Source: Thecamonas trahens ATCC 50062
Taxonomy: Eukaryota; Protista; Apusomonadida
Reading direction: 5' to 3'
Assembly (NCBI RefSeq): GCF_000142905.1
Contig: NW_013657616.1
Coordinates: 62,001 to 126,000, forward strand
DNA: 64,000 nt
Part shown: piece by piece, positions 21,693-31,666 of the stretch
Numbering within the stretch: position 1 is the stretch's first letter
How the letters are laid out: the number at the start of each line of letters is the position of its first letter
Program-made: the position numbers and the translations under genes
Notes under the pieces: model-generated
Seen by the model: only the letters and a program-made list of their open reading frames with translations
What the model was told of the DNA's origin: nothing
Database searches by the model: none

Positions 21693-23387
21693 ATGAGCGC
21701 CACTTCGCCGTTCTCTGTCTCTTACTCCAACATGCCTTCCGAGGCTCTCGACACCCGGGCGCCGTCGCAGCATGTGTACCACGGCCTCGCCTCGTCGGCT
21801 ACCTCCCGCGCTGCCCTCACCACCGAGGGACTCCTCCCGGCGGCGGCGACCAACCTCGAGACTGAGGTCGCCCGGGCCCTCGCCCAGATGCGGTCGTACG
21901 AGACGCCGCTGCAAAAGTACATCTACCTCTCCGACCTCGCGGCTACCTCGTCGTCCATCTTTTACGCCACCGTCCTCGCCAACCTCGAGGAGATCATGCC
22001 GCTCGTGTACACACCGACCGTTGGCGAGGCCTGCCAGAAGTTCTCGGCCATCACCCGCGGCCGTCCCCAGGGCCTCTTCATCACCGCTGAGCACAAGGGC
22101 CGCATGCGCGAGGTCCTCGACTCGTGGAACCTCCCCGTCCACATCATCGTCGTCACCGATGGCTCCCGCATCCTCGGCCTCGGTGACCTCGGTGCTGGCG
22201 GCATGGGTATCCCCATCGGCAAGCTCTCCCTCTACATTGCCGCCGGTGGCTTCCACCCGGCCTCGACCCTCCCCATCACCCTCGACTTTGGCACAGACAG
22301 CGAGGAGCTCCTCGCTGATCCCCTCTACATCGGCCTCCGCCAGAACCGCGTCCAGGGCGACGAGTACTACGCCCTTGTGGACGAGTTCATCACCGCCGTC
22401 AAGGACAAGTGGCCCCAGGCTCTCGTCCAGTTTGAGGACTTTTCCAACGACCACTGCTTCGACCTCCTCGACACCTACCGCTCGCAGCTCCCCTGCTTCA
22501 ATGACGACATCCAGGGCACCGGCGCCGTCATCGCCGCCGGCTTTGTCGTCGCCGCCCGCGTCCTCGGCGTCCCCATCTCCGAGCACCGCTGCGTCTTCCT
22601 CGGCGCTGGCTCCGCTGGCGTCGGCGTCGCCGACCGCATCGTCTCCCTTATGGTCGCAGAGGGTCTGACTGAGGAGGAGGCCCGCGCCCGCTTCTGGTTC
22701 ATCGACTCGCGCGGCCTCGTCGTCAAGGGCCTCAACGAGCCCATGGCCTCCCACAAGATCCCCTACGCCCGCACCGACGTTGACGGTCCCATCACCACCC
22801 TCCAGGAGGTCATCGACCTCGTCAAGCCCACCGCCCTTGTCGGCCTCTCCAAGCAGGCCGGTGTCTTCACCCCGGAGATTATCAAGTCGGTCCACGCCAA
22901 CTGCGCCCGCCCGCTCATCTTCCCGCTCTCCAACCCCACGTCCAAGTCCGAGTGCACGGCAGAGACCGCTTACACCGCCACCAACGGCGAATGCCTCTTC
23001 GCCTCGGGCTCGCCCTTTGACCCCGTCACCCTCGCCGACGGCCGCACCCTCACCCCGGGCCAGGGCAACAACTGCTACGTTTTCCCGGGCATCGGCATGG
23101 GCACCGTCCTCGCCCGCGCCTCAGAGGTCACCGAGGGCATGATCAACGCCGCCGTTGTCGCACTCGCAGAGTGCGTCACCGAAGACGACCTCGCCCTCGG
23201 CCGCATCTACCCCTCCATCGACGCCATCCGCTCCATCTCTGCACGCATCGGCGCCGCCGTCGCCCGCCGCGCCGTCGAGGACGGCGTCTCCTCCATCAAC
23301 GTCGACATGTCTGACGACGAGCTCGTCAAGTTTGTCGAGGAGGCCATGTACGTCCCCGACCGCGTCGTCTCTGCCTCCAAGCTTTAA
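21693..23387 (+). CDS. NAD(P)-dependent malic enzyme
   Basis: MPLVYTPTVG, VVTDGSRILGLGDLG, QFEDF, FNDDIQGTG, FLGAGSAG, PLSNPTSKSEC, GQGNNCYVFPG. Confidence 0.97.
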   Translation: MSATSPFSVSYSNMPSEALDTRAPSQHVYHGLASSATSRAALTTEGLLPAAATNLETEVARALAQMRSYETPLQKYIYLSDLAATSSSIFYATVLANLEEIMPLVYTPTVGEACQKFSAITRGRPQGLFITAEHKGRMREVLDSWNLPVHIIVVTDGSRILGLGDLGAGGMGIPIGKLSLYIAAGGFHPASTLPITLDFGTDSEELLADPLYIGLRQNRVQGDEYYALVDEFITAVKDKWPQALVQFEDFSNDHCFDLLDTYRSQLPCFNDDIQGTGAVIAAGFVVAARVLGVPISEHRCVFLGAGSAGVGVADRIVSLMVAEGLTEEEARARFWFIDSRGLVVKGLNEPMASHKIPYARTDVDGPITTLQEVIDLVKPTALVGLSKQAGVFTPEIIKSVHANCARPLIFPLSNPTSKSECTAETAYTATNGECLFASGSPFDPVTLADGRTLTPGQGNNCYVFPGIGMGTVLARASEVTEGMINAAVVALAECVTEDDLALGRIYPSIDAIRSISARIGAAVARRAVEDGVSSINVDMSDDELVKFVEEAMYVPDRVVSASKL

Positions 23388-23561
23388 ACCATCATCCTTC
23401 ACGCAGGCACGGGTCGACGCCGCATCCGCTCCATCCAAAGACAGCGTCTCCTCCATCAACGTCGACACGTCTAACAACATGCTCTTCTGCTGCCAAGCTT
23501 TAAATTTCGAGAGACGGCAAGAGACGGCCAGACGCGGCATCATTGTGGCGTCAACTCCTCG

Positions 23562-25355
23562 TTACAAAAACGACTCCAGTAACAGCTTCAGCTGGTCCTC
23601 CACAAACGCAGGATCGCCCAGCACATCCTTGTACGTCCCAGGCCGGAACCGCTCCGCAACGCCGAGAAGAACGTCCAAGTCTGTCTTGCTCCCGAGGCCC
23701 ACATCGCCACGCAGCTTCTTGACCGTATCCTTGGAGAGCGAAGCGCTCACCTCTAGCTCGGCTTCCACGCACTTGATGAGCAGCAGCGCCCGCCGTGTCA
23801 GCGTCCGCATCCCCTCGCCGATCCGCGCCGCGCGTAGCGGAACAGGTAGCCGCAGCACGTCCACCACGAGCGCCTCAATCAGTGCCGACGCCTCTTTGAT
23901 CGGCCTGAACAGCCCGTCAGACGCAGACCAGCGATTCTCCGCGTCCATGCCAAACAGAAGCGCGAGTTCAGACTCCATGTACTCGTCGCGGAGCACCGCG
24001 TACTCGTTGTACGAGTGAGTCTGGTACAATCGAAGCGACTCGAGGTCAATGAGCGTCGTCGGCAGAAGCGAGTGGATGACGACCTCGTCGTCGAGCGCCA
24101 CGGCTCGCCCGGCCGCCGATCCAATGCTCGCCGGCTCGCTCCAGCCCTCGCCATCGCCCTCACTTCCTTCGCCGCTCGCTCCGCCTCCGGCCCCGGCCCC
24201 GGCCCCGGCACCGTCGTCGCCGGCCGCCTCCACCACTAAGCCCTGCAGGTACAGGTCCGGGACATAGTGCGAGCCCGCCGTGCCCAGCTCACCGCAATCG
24301 CCGCCACGCCGGACAAGTGCCGCCCGGAGCCGCTCCTGCGGCGAAATGAAGAGCGCGAGCGTGGCCAGAAACGCGTTGACCGTCTGCACGTCCGGCCCGG
24401 CCACAACCGTGCACCCGTGGTTCTGAAGGTGCGCCCCGATGCACGCCGCCAGGAACGAGTGGTCAAACTCGGTCGCAAGGTGTGACGCCCCAAACAGCGA
24501 CGCTTCAAACGAGAGCTCCTCAGGCAGCGCAGCGGAGTAGAGCGCTGCGAGCGTGGCCACAAACGGCGGGACAAACGTCGAGAATATGGCCATCGCCTCG
24601 CTCGCCATCCGCTTGAGGAGCGCAACAAGCTTCTCCACCATGTGCAGCATCCGCGAGGTCACCACCTGATACAGGACAAGAAAGCGGTCAAGCGCTTCCA
24701 TGCTCAGCACGAGCGAAAAGGCAAACCGCTGGAGCGAGCCGTCAAACATCCCGGCAAAGACCACGCTCGCCACCACAGCGTCCATCTCCGGGAGAACGTG
24801 GAACTTGGGCTCCAGCGACGCATCGTCCAGCTCGCGACAGATCTCGTCCTTGAGAATCTGCTGCGCCAGCGAGTTGCCCTCGTTCTCGTCCAGCGGCGCC
24901 GCTCCTTCCCACACATGCAGCAGCCGCGGCCCGCACACGTTGTCCCACAGCGAGACCTGCATGCATCTCAGCCACGGCTCGCGTCCGCCGGCCACCTCGG
25001 GCACCGCCTCCACCGTCGGCTTGAGGCTCAGCACCGTGGCCATGAACGACGGCGGCGGCGGCGGCTCGCGCGACGATGCCGAGAAGAACGACCAGATCGA
25101 TGACCACAGTGCCCGTGACTCGCTCTCGCTCTGTCCGCTCTGAGCCGCCGACGCCGCCGCCGTGTCGCCTGTATCGCCTGCGTTGTTTGCGTTCCCCGTG
25201 TCGGTCATGTCAGCCGTGTCGGCCGTGTCGGCCGTGTCGGCCATGTCGGCCATGTCGGCCGTGGTGGTGGTGGCGGCCGTGGTGGTGGTGGCGGCCATGG
25301 TGGTGGTGGTGGCGGATGGCTCGGCCGGGGTGGGTGTGGGGGTAAGGGAGGACAT
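23562..25355 (-). CDS. C9orf72: C9orf72 homolog (DENN-like)
   Basis: WDNVCGPRLLHVW, EICR, PKFHVL, AHLQNHGCTVVAG, TLALFISPQER, YVPDLYLQGL, LPTTLIDL. Confidence 0.85.
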   Translation of the reverse strand: MSSLTPTPTPAEPSATTTTMAATTTTAATTTTADMADMADTADTADTADMTDTGNANNAGDTGDTAAASAAQSGQSESESRALWSSIWSFFSASSREPPPPPSFMATVLSLKPTVEAVPEVAGGREPWLRCMQVSLWDNVCGPRLLHVWEGAAPLDENEGNSLAQQILKDEICRELDDASLEPKFHVLPEMDAVVASVVFAGMFDGSLQRFAFSLVLSMEALDRFLVLYQVVTSRMLHMVEKLVALLKRMASEAMAIFSTFVPPFVATLAALYSAALPEELSFEASLFGASHLATEFDHSFLAACIGAHLQNHGCTVVAGPDVQTVNAFLATLALFISPQERLRAALVRRGGDCGELGTAGSHYVPDLYLQGLVVEAAGDDGAGAGAGAGGGASGEGSEGDGEGWSEPASIGSAAGRAVALDDEVVIHSLLPTTLIDLESLRLYQTHSYNEYAVLRDEYMESELALLFGMDAENRWSASDGLFRPIKEASALIEALVVDVLRLPVPLRAARIGEGMRTLTRRALLLIKCVEAELEVSASLSKDTVKKLRGDVGLGSKTDLDVLLGVAERFRPGTYKDVLGDPAFVEDQLKLLLESFL

Positions 25356-25442
25356 GGGTGGTGTCCAGGTATATGCGGAGGCGTGCGTGCCCGTGGTCGT
25401 GTGGGGTGTGGGTGTGGGGTGTGGGGTGTGGGGGGTGTGGTG

Positions 25443-25505
25443 GGTGTGCCGTGTGCCGTGTGCCGTGTGCCGTGTGCCGTGTCGCCGTGTGCCGTGTGCC
25501 GTCGT
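25443..25505. repeat. (GTGTGCC)n heptamer microsatellite upstream of C9orf72
   Basis: Directly visible. Confidence 0.8.
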
Positions 25506-25647
25506 CGCCTGTCGCCTGTCGTCGCCTGTGTCCCACATGTGATACGAGTAGTGAGAGAGTCTATCTCAGACACGATTACCTTGATTACCAGCTCGATCAC
25601 CCCCCCACCCATCATCACCCCCCCATCTCGTCATCCCCCCCCCCTTT

Positions 25648-25875
25648 NNNNNNNNNNNNNNNNNNNNNNNNNNNNNNNNNNNNNNNNNNNNNNNNNNNNN
25701 NNNNNNNNNNNNNNNNNNNNNNNNNNNNNNNNNNNNNNNNNNNNNNNNNNNNNNNNNNNNNNNNNNNNNNNNNNNNNNNNNNNNNNNNNNNNNNNNNNNN
25801 NNNNNNNNNNNNNNNNNNNNNNNNNNNNNNNNNNNNNNNNNNNNNNNNNNNNNNNNNNNNNNNNNNNNNNNNNNN
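25648..25875. other. Assembly gap
   Basis: N run flanked by poly-C tracts. Confidence 0.99.
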
Positions 25876-25925
25876 CCCTCACCCCACCCCACACTCCACC
25901 CCACCCCACCACCACCACCTCCCCC

Positions 25926-26621
25926 ATGCGGTTCGAGGCCATCACCTCAGCCTGCGGGTACCTTGCCTACGCCATGGGACTGACACTGGCCCTGGGATAC
26001 ATCCTCCTCGGCCGCTCGGCCCTCCCGCCCGACTTCATGCCTGCCTCCCACTGCACCGTCGCCTCGCTCGCCTCGCCTGCCTGCCTCACCCCGGCCGACA
26101 TGACCTCCTGTGCCCTCCCGCTCGCCCTTGCCTTCCGCCTTGAGTTGGAGGACAAGCCCGATGTGACCGCCACCGCCACCGCTCTGCTCCCGCTCGCGCC
26201 CCACGAGGCCATTGCCTGCCTCGCTGATGCCACTCTCTCCGGCCCTTGCGCTGCTCTCCTTCACCTCGCTCCGCGCGCAGACCTCGCTTGTGCCGTCCGT
26301 CTTCCTTCGCCTGGCCAAGATCCGCAGGTCGTCATCCGTCGCTACGCGCCACGCATGATTGCGCTGCTCGACGCATCCTCCGCCGAGCTCTCTGTGGCCG
26401 ACGCCGTCGCTGCTGGCGGCACGATCACCTCGCGCCTCCTCTATCTCGCACTCCTCGCCCTCCTCTGCGTACCCTGCTGTGCCTTATGGGGGGCCCTCCT
26501 CTGCTGGGTCGGCCTCACAGAGCGCGAGTTTGCCTTTATGAAGGCCCTCACTTGCAACGCCCCGCCCGGCCTCGCGCCAGGCCTGCCACGGGCTGATCCG
26601 TGGCTCCGCCGCGACGACTGA
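25926..26621 (+). CDS. Hypothetical protein with N- and C-terminal hydrophobic segments
   Basis: ORF from ATG 25926 after a C-rich leader; two TM-like stretches. Confidence 0.5.
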   Translation: MRFEAITSACGYLAYAMGLTLALGYILLGRSALPPDFMPASHCTVASLASPACLTPADMTSCALPLALAFRLELEDKPDVTATATALLPLAPHEAIACLADATLSGPCAALLHLAPRADLACAVRLPSPGQDPQVVIRRYAPRMIALLDASSAELSVADAVAAGGTITSRLLYLALLALLCVPCCALWGALLCWVGLTEREFAFMKALTCNAPPGLAPGLPRADPWLRRDD

Positions 26622-26686
26622 CCCCCCCCCCCCCTCCCCCACACCCGCCAAAGATCACATGTTGTAAATCCCCCGCTTCTTGCCTG

Positions 26687-27745
26687 CTATTGTGGCTCGA
26701 GAGCCCTGAGCCGCGCGTCAAGCGCGTCATGCTTGGCGAGCACCTGCGCCAACGCAGAGTTGAGCGCAGTGATCTGGCTGTTCTGACGCGCGATGGTGTC
26801 CATCAGCTGCGTCCGCAGTCGGGCCTCCTCGCGAGAGCGCCGGTCAGCGTCGGCAATGTGATCGGCAAGGGTCTGTGTGAGGAGGAGGAGCGACTTGGCG
26901 TGCTCGCACTCGTTGCCGCTGCTGCTCCCCGCCGACACAGTCGCTGCGTCGCCGGCCGGCGCGCCACCAGAGGTGCGCCGGCCGCCGTCGCTCGTAGGCT
27001 CTTCAAAGCTCAACCGCCGCGCAGTGTTCGGCGACTCGGGATCGTTGCGCGGCGTTGGGCCCGGATTGCGCGGCTGTGTCTCATCGCCGCTGCCGTCGTC
27101 GCCCAGCTGTGCCGACACGCCCGCCAGGTCGAGCTCCGGCGGGATTGACGGGAGTCGGAGCGGCGCCGCCGGCGACCCGGCCTCGTTCGCCGCCCGGCCA
27201 TGGTCCGTCGGTGACGGCGAGCCAGTAACCCGGAGCGGCGACGAGAGGCCTGGCCGCCCGGCTGCGGGGCTCGCGGTCACCACAATCGGCGCGTACATCC
27301 GCGGCGACGCCGACGCAAGCACCTCCCGCTGTACAACCGTTGTCCGCAGCTGCCCGCCGTTTGCGCTCCCTGCGCCCCACGCCGCCACAGGACCCGCCGC
27401 CGGCGATGGACTGAGCGTGAGCGAGTGATTGTGATTGCCCGCGCCGGGCGAGTGCGGGCCCTTACGCGAGCTCGGCGGCGACCAGGCCGAGCGCACCCCG
27501 CCCTGGATGGGGCTCGACGTCGGCGCCCAGGCCGACGTCACCGCGCTCGATCCGGGGCTCGGCGGCAGCGACGCTGCAGACGACGTCGGGCTTGACGTTG
27601 ACGGCGTTGGCCCGCGCGGGGATGGCGGCGTCACAGATGCCCTGCGCGCCGACCGCAGCGCCGCCCGCGATGCTGCCTCGGCAGCCCTGCGCCGCTCGCG
27701 CTCTTTCGCGTCCTCGCGGTAGACCGAGAGATCGTGTTGTGTAGA
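26687..27745 (-). CDS. Last exon of a hypothetical Ser/Pro-rich protein with C-terminal coiled coil
   Basis: ORF 26687..27634 stays open upstream to a CAG acceptor preceded by a pyrimidine tract at about 27746. Upstream exons are unresolved. Confidence 0.45.
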   Translation of the reverse strand, partial: STQHDLSVYREDAKERERRRAAEAASRAALRSARRASVTPPSPRGPTPSTSSPTSSAASLPPSPGSSAVTSAWAPTSSPIQGGVRSAWSPPSSRKGPHSPGAGNHNHSLTLSPSPAAGPVAAWGAGSANGGQLRTTVVQREVLASASPRMYAPIVVTASPAAGRPGLSSPLRVTGSPSPTDHGRAANEAGSPAAPLRLPSIPPELDLAGVSAQLGDDGSGDETQPRNPGPTPRNDPESPNTARRLSFEEPTSDGGRRTSGGAPAGDAATVSAGSSSGNECEHAKSLLLLTQTLADHIADADRRSREEARLRTQLMDTIARQNSQITALNSALAQVLAKHDALDARLRALEPQ

Positions 27746-28655
27746 CTGCGAGGATAAGAGAGGGAAGAGAGGGAGAGAGTGTGAGTGTGAGTAAGGGCGT
27801 GATGACGATCATGGCATAGCACAGCTACCAACAACAGTCGTCGGCAAAGGGGAGGCAGCAGGCAGCAGGCGGAGGCGAGGGAGAGCCAGGCAGCAGGCGA
27901 GGGAGAGCGAAGCAGCCCGTACAGTGGCATGGTAGCACGGGGACTACCACCACTAGCCATACCCATGCCCATGCCCATACCCATGCCCATGCCCATGCCC
28001 ATGCCCCAGCGTCCAGGTAGTTGACCATTGCGTTTGATCAGACACAATGTCCCAAAGGAGAGACCGGCAGGGACCGGGGGGGGGAGGGGTGGGGTGGGGG
28101 GGGGGGGCAGCAGCAGCCAGGAAGGGCGACATGGGCACACAGCCACCACCCCCACTATATGCACAATGGTATGGTATGAGGTAAGGGGGGGGGGGCGGGG
28201 GCGTGGGCATGGCCTTTGTGGGCAATGTGGGCGGTGTTGTCGACTCGTCGGCCTTTGCTCGTGTCGTCCTTGACCAGGGACAGACACTGGATGGGGAGGC
28301 ACTGGGGGGATGGTATACAGAAAGGGATGGGGGAAAGAGAGGTAGTACGTACATCCCAAGGTGGTCGGCTGGGTCCACGGAGTGGTCGGTGGGTACTCCG
28401 CACCCGTGGCTCGTCCTCCTCCCTGCCTCCGCCTCCGTGTCGACGGACACGGACTCGTTTGCGGTGAAGCATGGGCAGAGAGAGAGTGAGAGAACTGTGC
28501 CCACACGGCAGCCATCGCCCCACCCGTACCTCCACCCTCCCCATACACACACAATCATCGCGATCAGCTCCCACATGACTCGGCCATCGGCAGTTCTTCT
28601 TTCTTGCAGGCAATCAATGGCTGGAGTGGGAAAAAAAGGGATGCTCAGGCCCAGC

Positions 28656-29885
28656 TCAGGCCACCACCGTGTTGCTGGCAACTCCATTCTCATCAAAGGT
28701 GCGATAGTACCCGTTGCCGGCCTGGGAGACAGCTTGCAGCAGCTGGACATCGCTGAGGTTGTGCGTCACCGTCTTGACGCCGGCTGTGTGGAAGCCGACC
28801 ACGTTGACGACACGGCCCTCACCGCCAGCCACCCACGACGCCGTCGCCTCCACAATCGCCGAGTTGTTGCCGGCCATGCAGCCCCAGTTGGTGATGAGGA
28901 AGACACTTGTCACGCCCTCCATTCCGTAGGCTGCCTGCAAGCCTGCGAGCATGTTCGGCGCACCCGAGCCGTAGATCTGGCCGTCGATAAACGCCGACGC
29001 CGTCGCGACATGGTCCGGCGTCGGCCAGACCGGCGCGTCAAACGCCATCTTGGTCGCTGCGCCGTAGCGGACAACGTTGAACGCCTGGCCTGCCACAAGA
29101 TCGCCCAGCGCAGCCTTGAGCTGCTGCTGTAGCAGCTCGACTGCCTTGACGCTCTCGCCGCTCTCCGGATCCGGGATCTTCTCGTTGAGCTTGTTCCCGT
29201 TGCCCACCACAAACACCACCCCGCCCGCGCTCGGCAGGCCCCCGATGAGCCACGACGAGCCAGAGCTGGACGCCGGCGCCGGCGCCGCTCCCGCCGGAGC
29301 GTCAGACGCCGCTGCTGATTCGCCGCCCCCGGCCGCAAGCAGCTTCTCGGCCTCGGCCCGGTCGAGCGACGAGTCGAACAGCTCGAGGATGTCCCCGTTG
29401 CCCGGCCCGACGTCGCTCAGCCGCGGCACAACATGCGTGAGCACCGCGAGCTTACCCAGATCGCTGTCAAAGGCCTTGAGAATCTCCGCGCCCTCGGCAC
29501 AGCTCATCGGCGCCGACTTGCCCAGCACCGCCGCAAGCTCGGCCTCGGCGTCGAGCATGTTGTTGAACGTCGCAACAATAGCCACCACCTCTCCCGGCGT
29601 GTACGCGCTGCCGTATCCCGACGCGTGCTTCGCGACGAGCTCCCCGCGCTCTAGATCAGACTCGATCGCCTTGAGCGCCTTAACGAGGTCGCTCACTGCC
29701 GCATCCCACCTCTGTTTCATGAGTGTTGTCGGACGATGGCTAATTTTGTGTCCAACGGCTTTCGCCAAGATTTTTCTCCCAACCGCAGTCAACCTACCTG
29801 GGCCAGCAGCCGAGTCAGACGACGAGACCTTGTCCATCACGCCCTTGACCTTGGACTTGACGGTGTTCTTCATCTTGTTGAACAT
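28656..29885 (-). CDS. Protein with C-terminal vWA-like domain (degenerate MIDAS)
   Basis: VVFVVGNG..., QAFNVVRYG, GAPNMLAGLQAAY, SVFLITNWG, VNVVGF, LLQAVSQAGNGYYR pattern. Confidence 0.65.
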   Translation of the reverse strand: MFNKMKNTVKSKVKGVMDKVSSSDSAAGPGRLTAVGRKILAKAVGHKISHRPTTLMKQRWDAAVSDLVKALKAIESDLERGELVAKHASGYGSAYTPGEVVAIVATFNNMLDAEAELAAVLGKSAPMSCAEGAEILKAFDSDLGKLAVLTHVVPRLSDVGPGNGDILELFDSSLDRAEAEKLLAAGGGESAAASDAPAGAAPAPASSSGSSWLIGGLPSAGGVVFVVGNGNKLNEKIPDPESGESVKAVELLQQQLKAALGDLVAGQAFNVVRYGAATKMAFDAPVWPTPDHVATASAFIDGQIYGSGAPNMLAGLQAAYGMEGVTSVFLITNWGCMAGNNSAIVEATASWVAGGEGRVVNVVGFHTAGVKTVTHNLSDVQLLQAVSQAGNGYYRTFDENGVASNTVVA

Positions 29886-30131
29886 GGTTGGAGTGTTTGA
29901 AAGAGAGATGAGGTGATGGGGAAGTGGAAAGAGCCTCCTCCCGCTCGCAACTCGCAATTGTTACACGTGCCTACAACGCGCATGTGCCACTTTCACTCTT
30001 TCTCTTCTGTTGATGTCATTTCCCCCCACCCCGCACCCCCTCCCTCCCCTCTCCCCCCTCCTCCCGCCCATGGCCCCTGTGTATGCCATTCTCCCCCCCC
30101 CTCCCCATCTCCCCCCTCGCCCATATCGCCC

Positions 30132-30845
30132 NNNNNNNNNNNNNNNNNNNNNNNNNNNNNNNNNNNNNNNNNNNNNNNNNNNNNNNNNNNNNNNNNNNNN
30201 NNNNNNNNNNNNNNNNNNNNNNNNNNNNNNNNNNNNNNNNNNNNNNNNNNNNNNNNNNNNNNNNNNNNNNNNNNNNNNNNNNNNNNNNNNNNNNNNNNNN
30301 NNNNNNNNNNNNNNNNNNNNNNNNNNNNNNNNNNNNNNNNNNNNNNNNNNNNNNNNNNNNNNNNNNNNNNNNNNNNNNNNNNNNNNNNNNNNNNNNNNNN
30401 NNNNNNNNNNNNNNNNNNNNNNNNNNNNNNNNNNNNNNNNNNNNNNNNNNNNNNNNNNNNNNNNNNNNNNNNNNNNNNNNNNNNNNNNNNNNNNNNNNNN
30501 NNNNNNNNNNNNNNNNNNNNNNNNNNNNNNNNNNNNNNNNNNNNNNNNNNNNNNNNNNNNNNNNNNNNNNNNNNNNNNNNNNNNNNNNNNNNNNNNNNNN
30601 NNNNNNNNNNNNNNNNNNNNNNNNNNNNNNNNNNNNNNNNNNNNNNNNNNNNNNNNNNNNNNNNNNNNNNNNNNNNNNNNNNNNNNNNNNNNNNNNNNNN
30701 NNNNNNNNNNNNNNNNNNNNNNNNNNNNNNNNNNNNNNNNNNNNNNNNNNNNNNNNNNNNNNNNNNNNNNNNNNNNNNNNNNNNNNNNNNNNNNNNNNNN
30801 NNNNNNNNNNNNNNNNNNNNNNNNNNNNNNNNNNNNNNNNNNNNN
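30132..30845. other. Assembly gap
   Basis: N run. Confidence 0.99.
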
Positions 30846-30932
30846 TTCGTACCTACGTACCTCTTACCCCCCCCCCCCCTTTCCCCCCCCTGCCCCTCCA
30901 CTCCCCTCCACCCCCCTCCCTCCCACAACCGT

Positions 30933-31595
30933 ATGGCTGTGGACGACCCCACAGCAGTAGCAGCAGCGGCTGTGCTGCTGCGGCAGGCGCAGGCGCTCGA
31001 GGCGGCAAACAGGGCTCGGGCCGCAGAGACGGCAGAGCTGCGGAGACGTGCTGCCGCTCTGACCGCCATTGTTGTCGATAGAGGCACCGCTGTCGCCCTG
31101 AGAGAAAAGGCTATCGCCGTCTTGGAAGCCGGCCTCGGCCTCCGTCCGCCGATCTCGCCAGACTCGGGCCATGGCTCTGATGCCCACCCGACCGACAACG
31201 ACGATGACGACGACGACGCCCGCCACCACCGCCAGCATGACAACCACCACCACAACCACCACCATGTCTCTCACTTGATCTCAACTGACAGCTCCTCGCT
31301 GCGCTCGCGCTCAAGATCGCGCTCAACTTCGCCGTCACAAACAAGGTTGCGGTCGAGATCGAGGTCGAGGTCAAGATCGAGGTCTCCCTCGCTCGGGAGC
31401 AGAACACGCCTCGTCTCTGCAAATCGCAGGGCCTGGCTGCGCGAATCACTCTCGCCCTCGCCCTCGCCCTCGCCCTTGCCCTCGCCGCTCTCCTCGTCCG
31501 CCTCGTCCGCCTCGTCCGCCTCGTCCGCCTCGTCCGCCTCCTTCGTTTCTGCCCGCGACCGCGCCCAGCGCCAGAGCGTCGGTCGGGGCCAATGA
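30933..31595 (+). CDS. Hypothetical coiled-coil, His/Ser/Arg-rich protein
   Basis: ATG after a C-rich leader; heptad-like N-terminus followed by low complexity. Confidence 0.4.
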   Translation: MAVDDPTAVAAAAVLLRQAQALEAANRARAAETAELRRRAAALTAIVVDRGTAVALREKAIAVLEAGLGLRPPISPDSGHGSDAHPTDNDDDDDDARHHRQHDNHHHNHHHVSHLISTDSSSLRSRSRSRSTSPSQTRLRSRSRSRSRSRSPSLGSRTRLVSANRRAWLRESLSPSPSPSPLPSPLSSSASSASSASSASSASFVSARDRAQRQSVGRGQ

Positions 31596-31666
31596 TATGT
31601 ATCTGCTGCTGTCTGGGATAGGTAAAGGCATAATGGCGTTTCATCTAAGGGGGGGGAGGGGGAGGG

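Noticed and set aside
21405-22895. Long antisense and alternate-frame ORFs (also 44745..45812, 58082..59056 and many others)
   Set aside because: These are shadow ORFs expected from high GC3 codon bias opposite well-supported genes.
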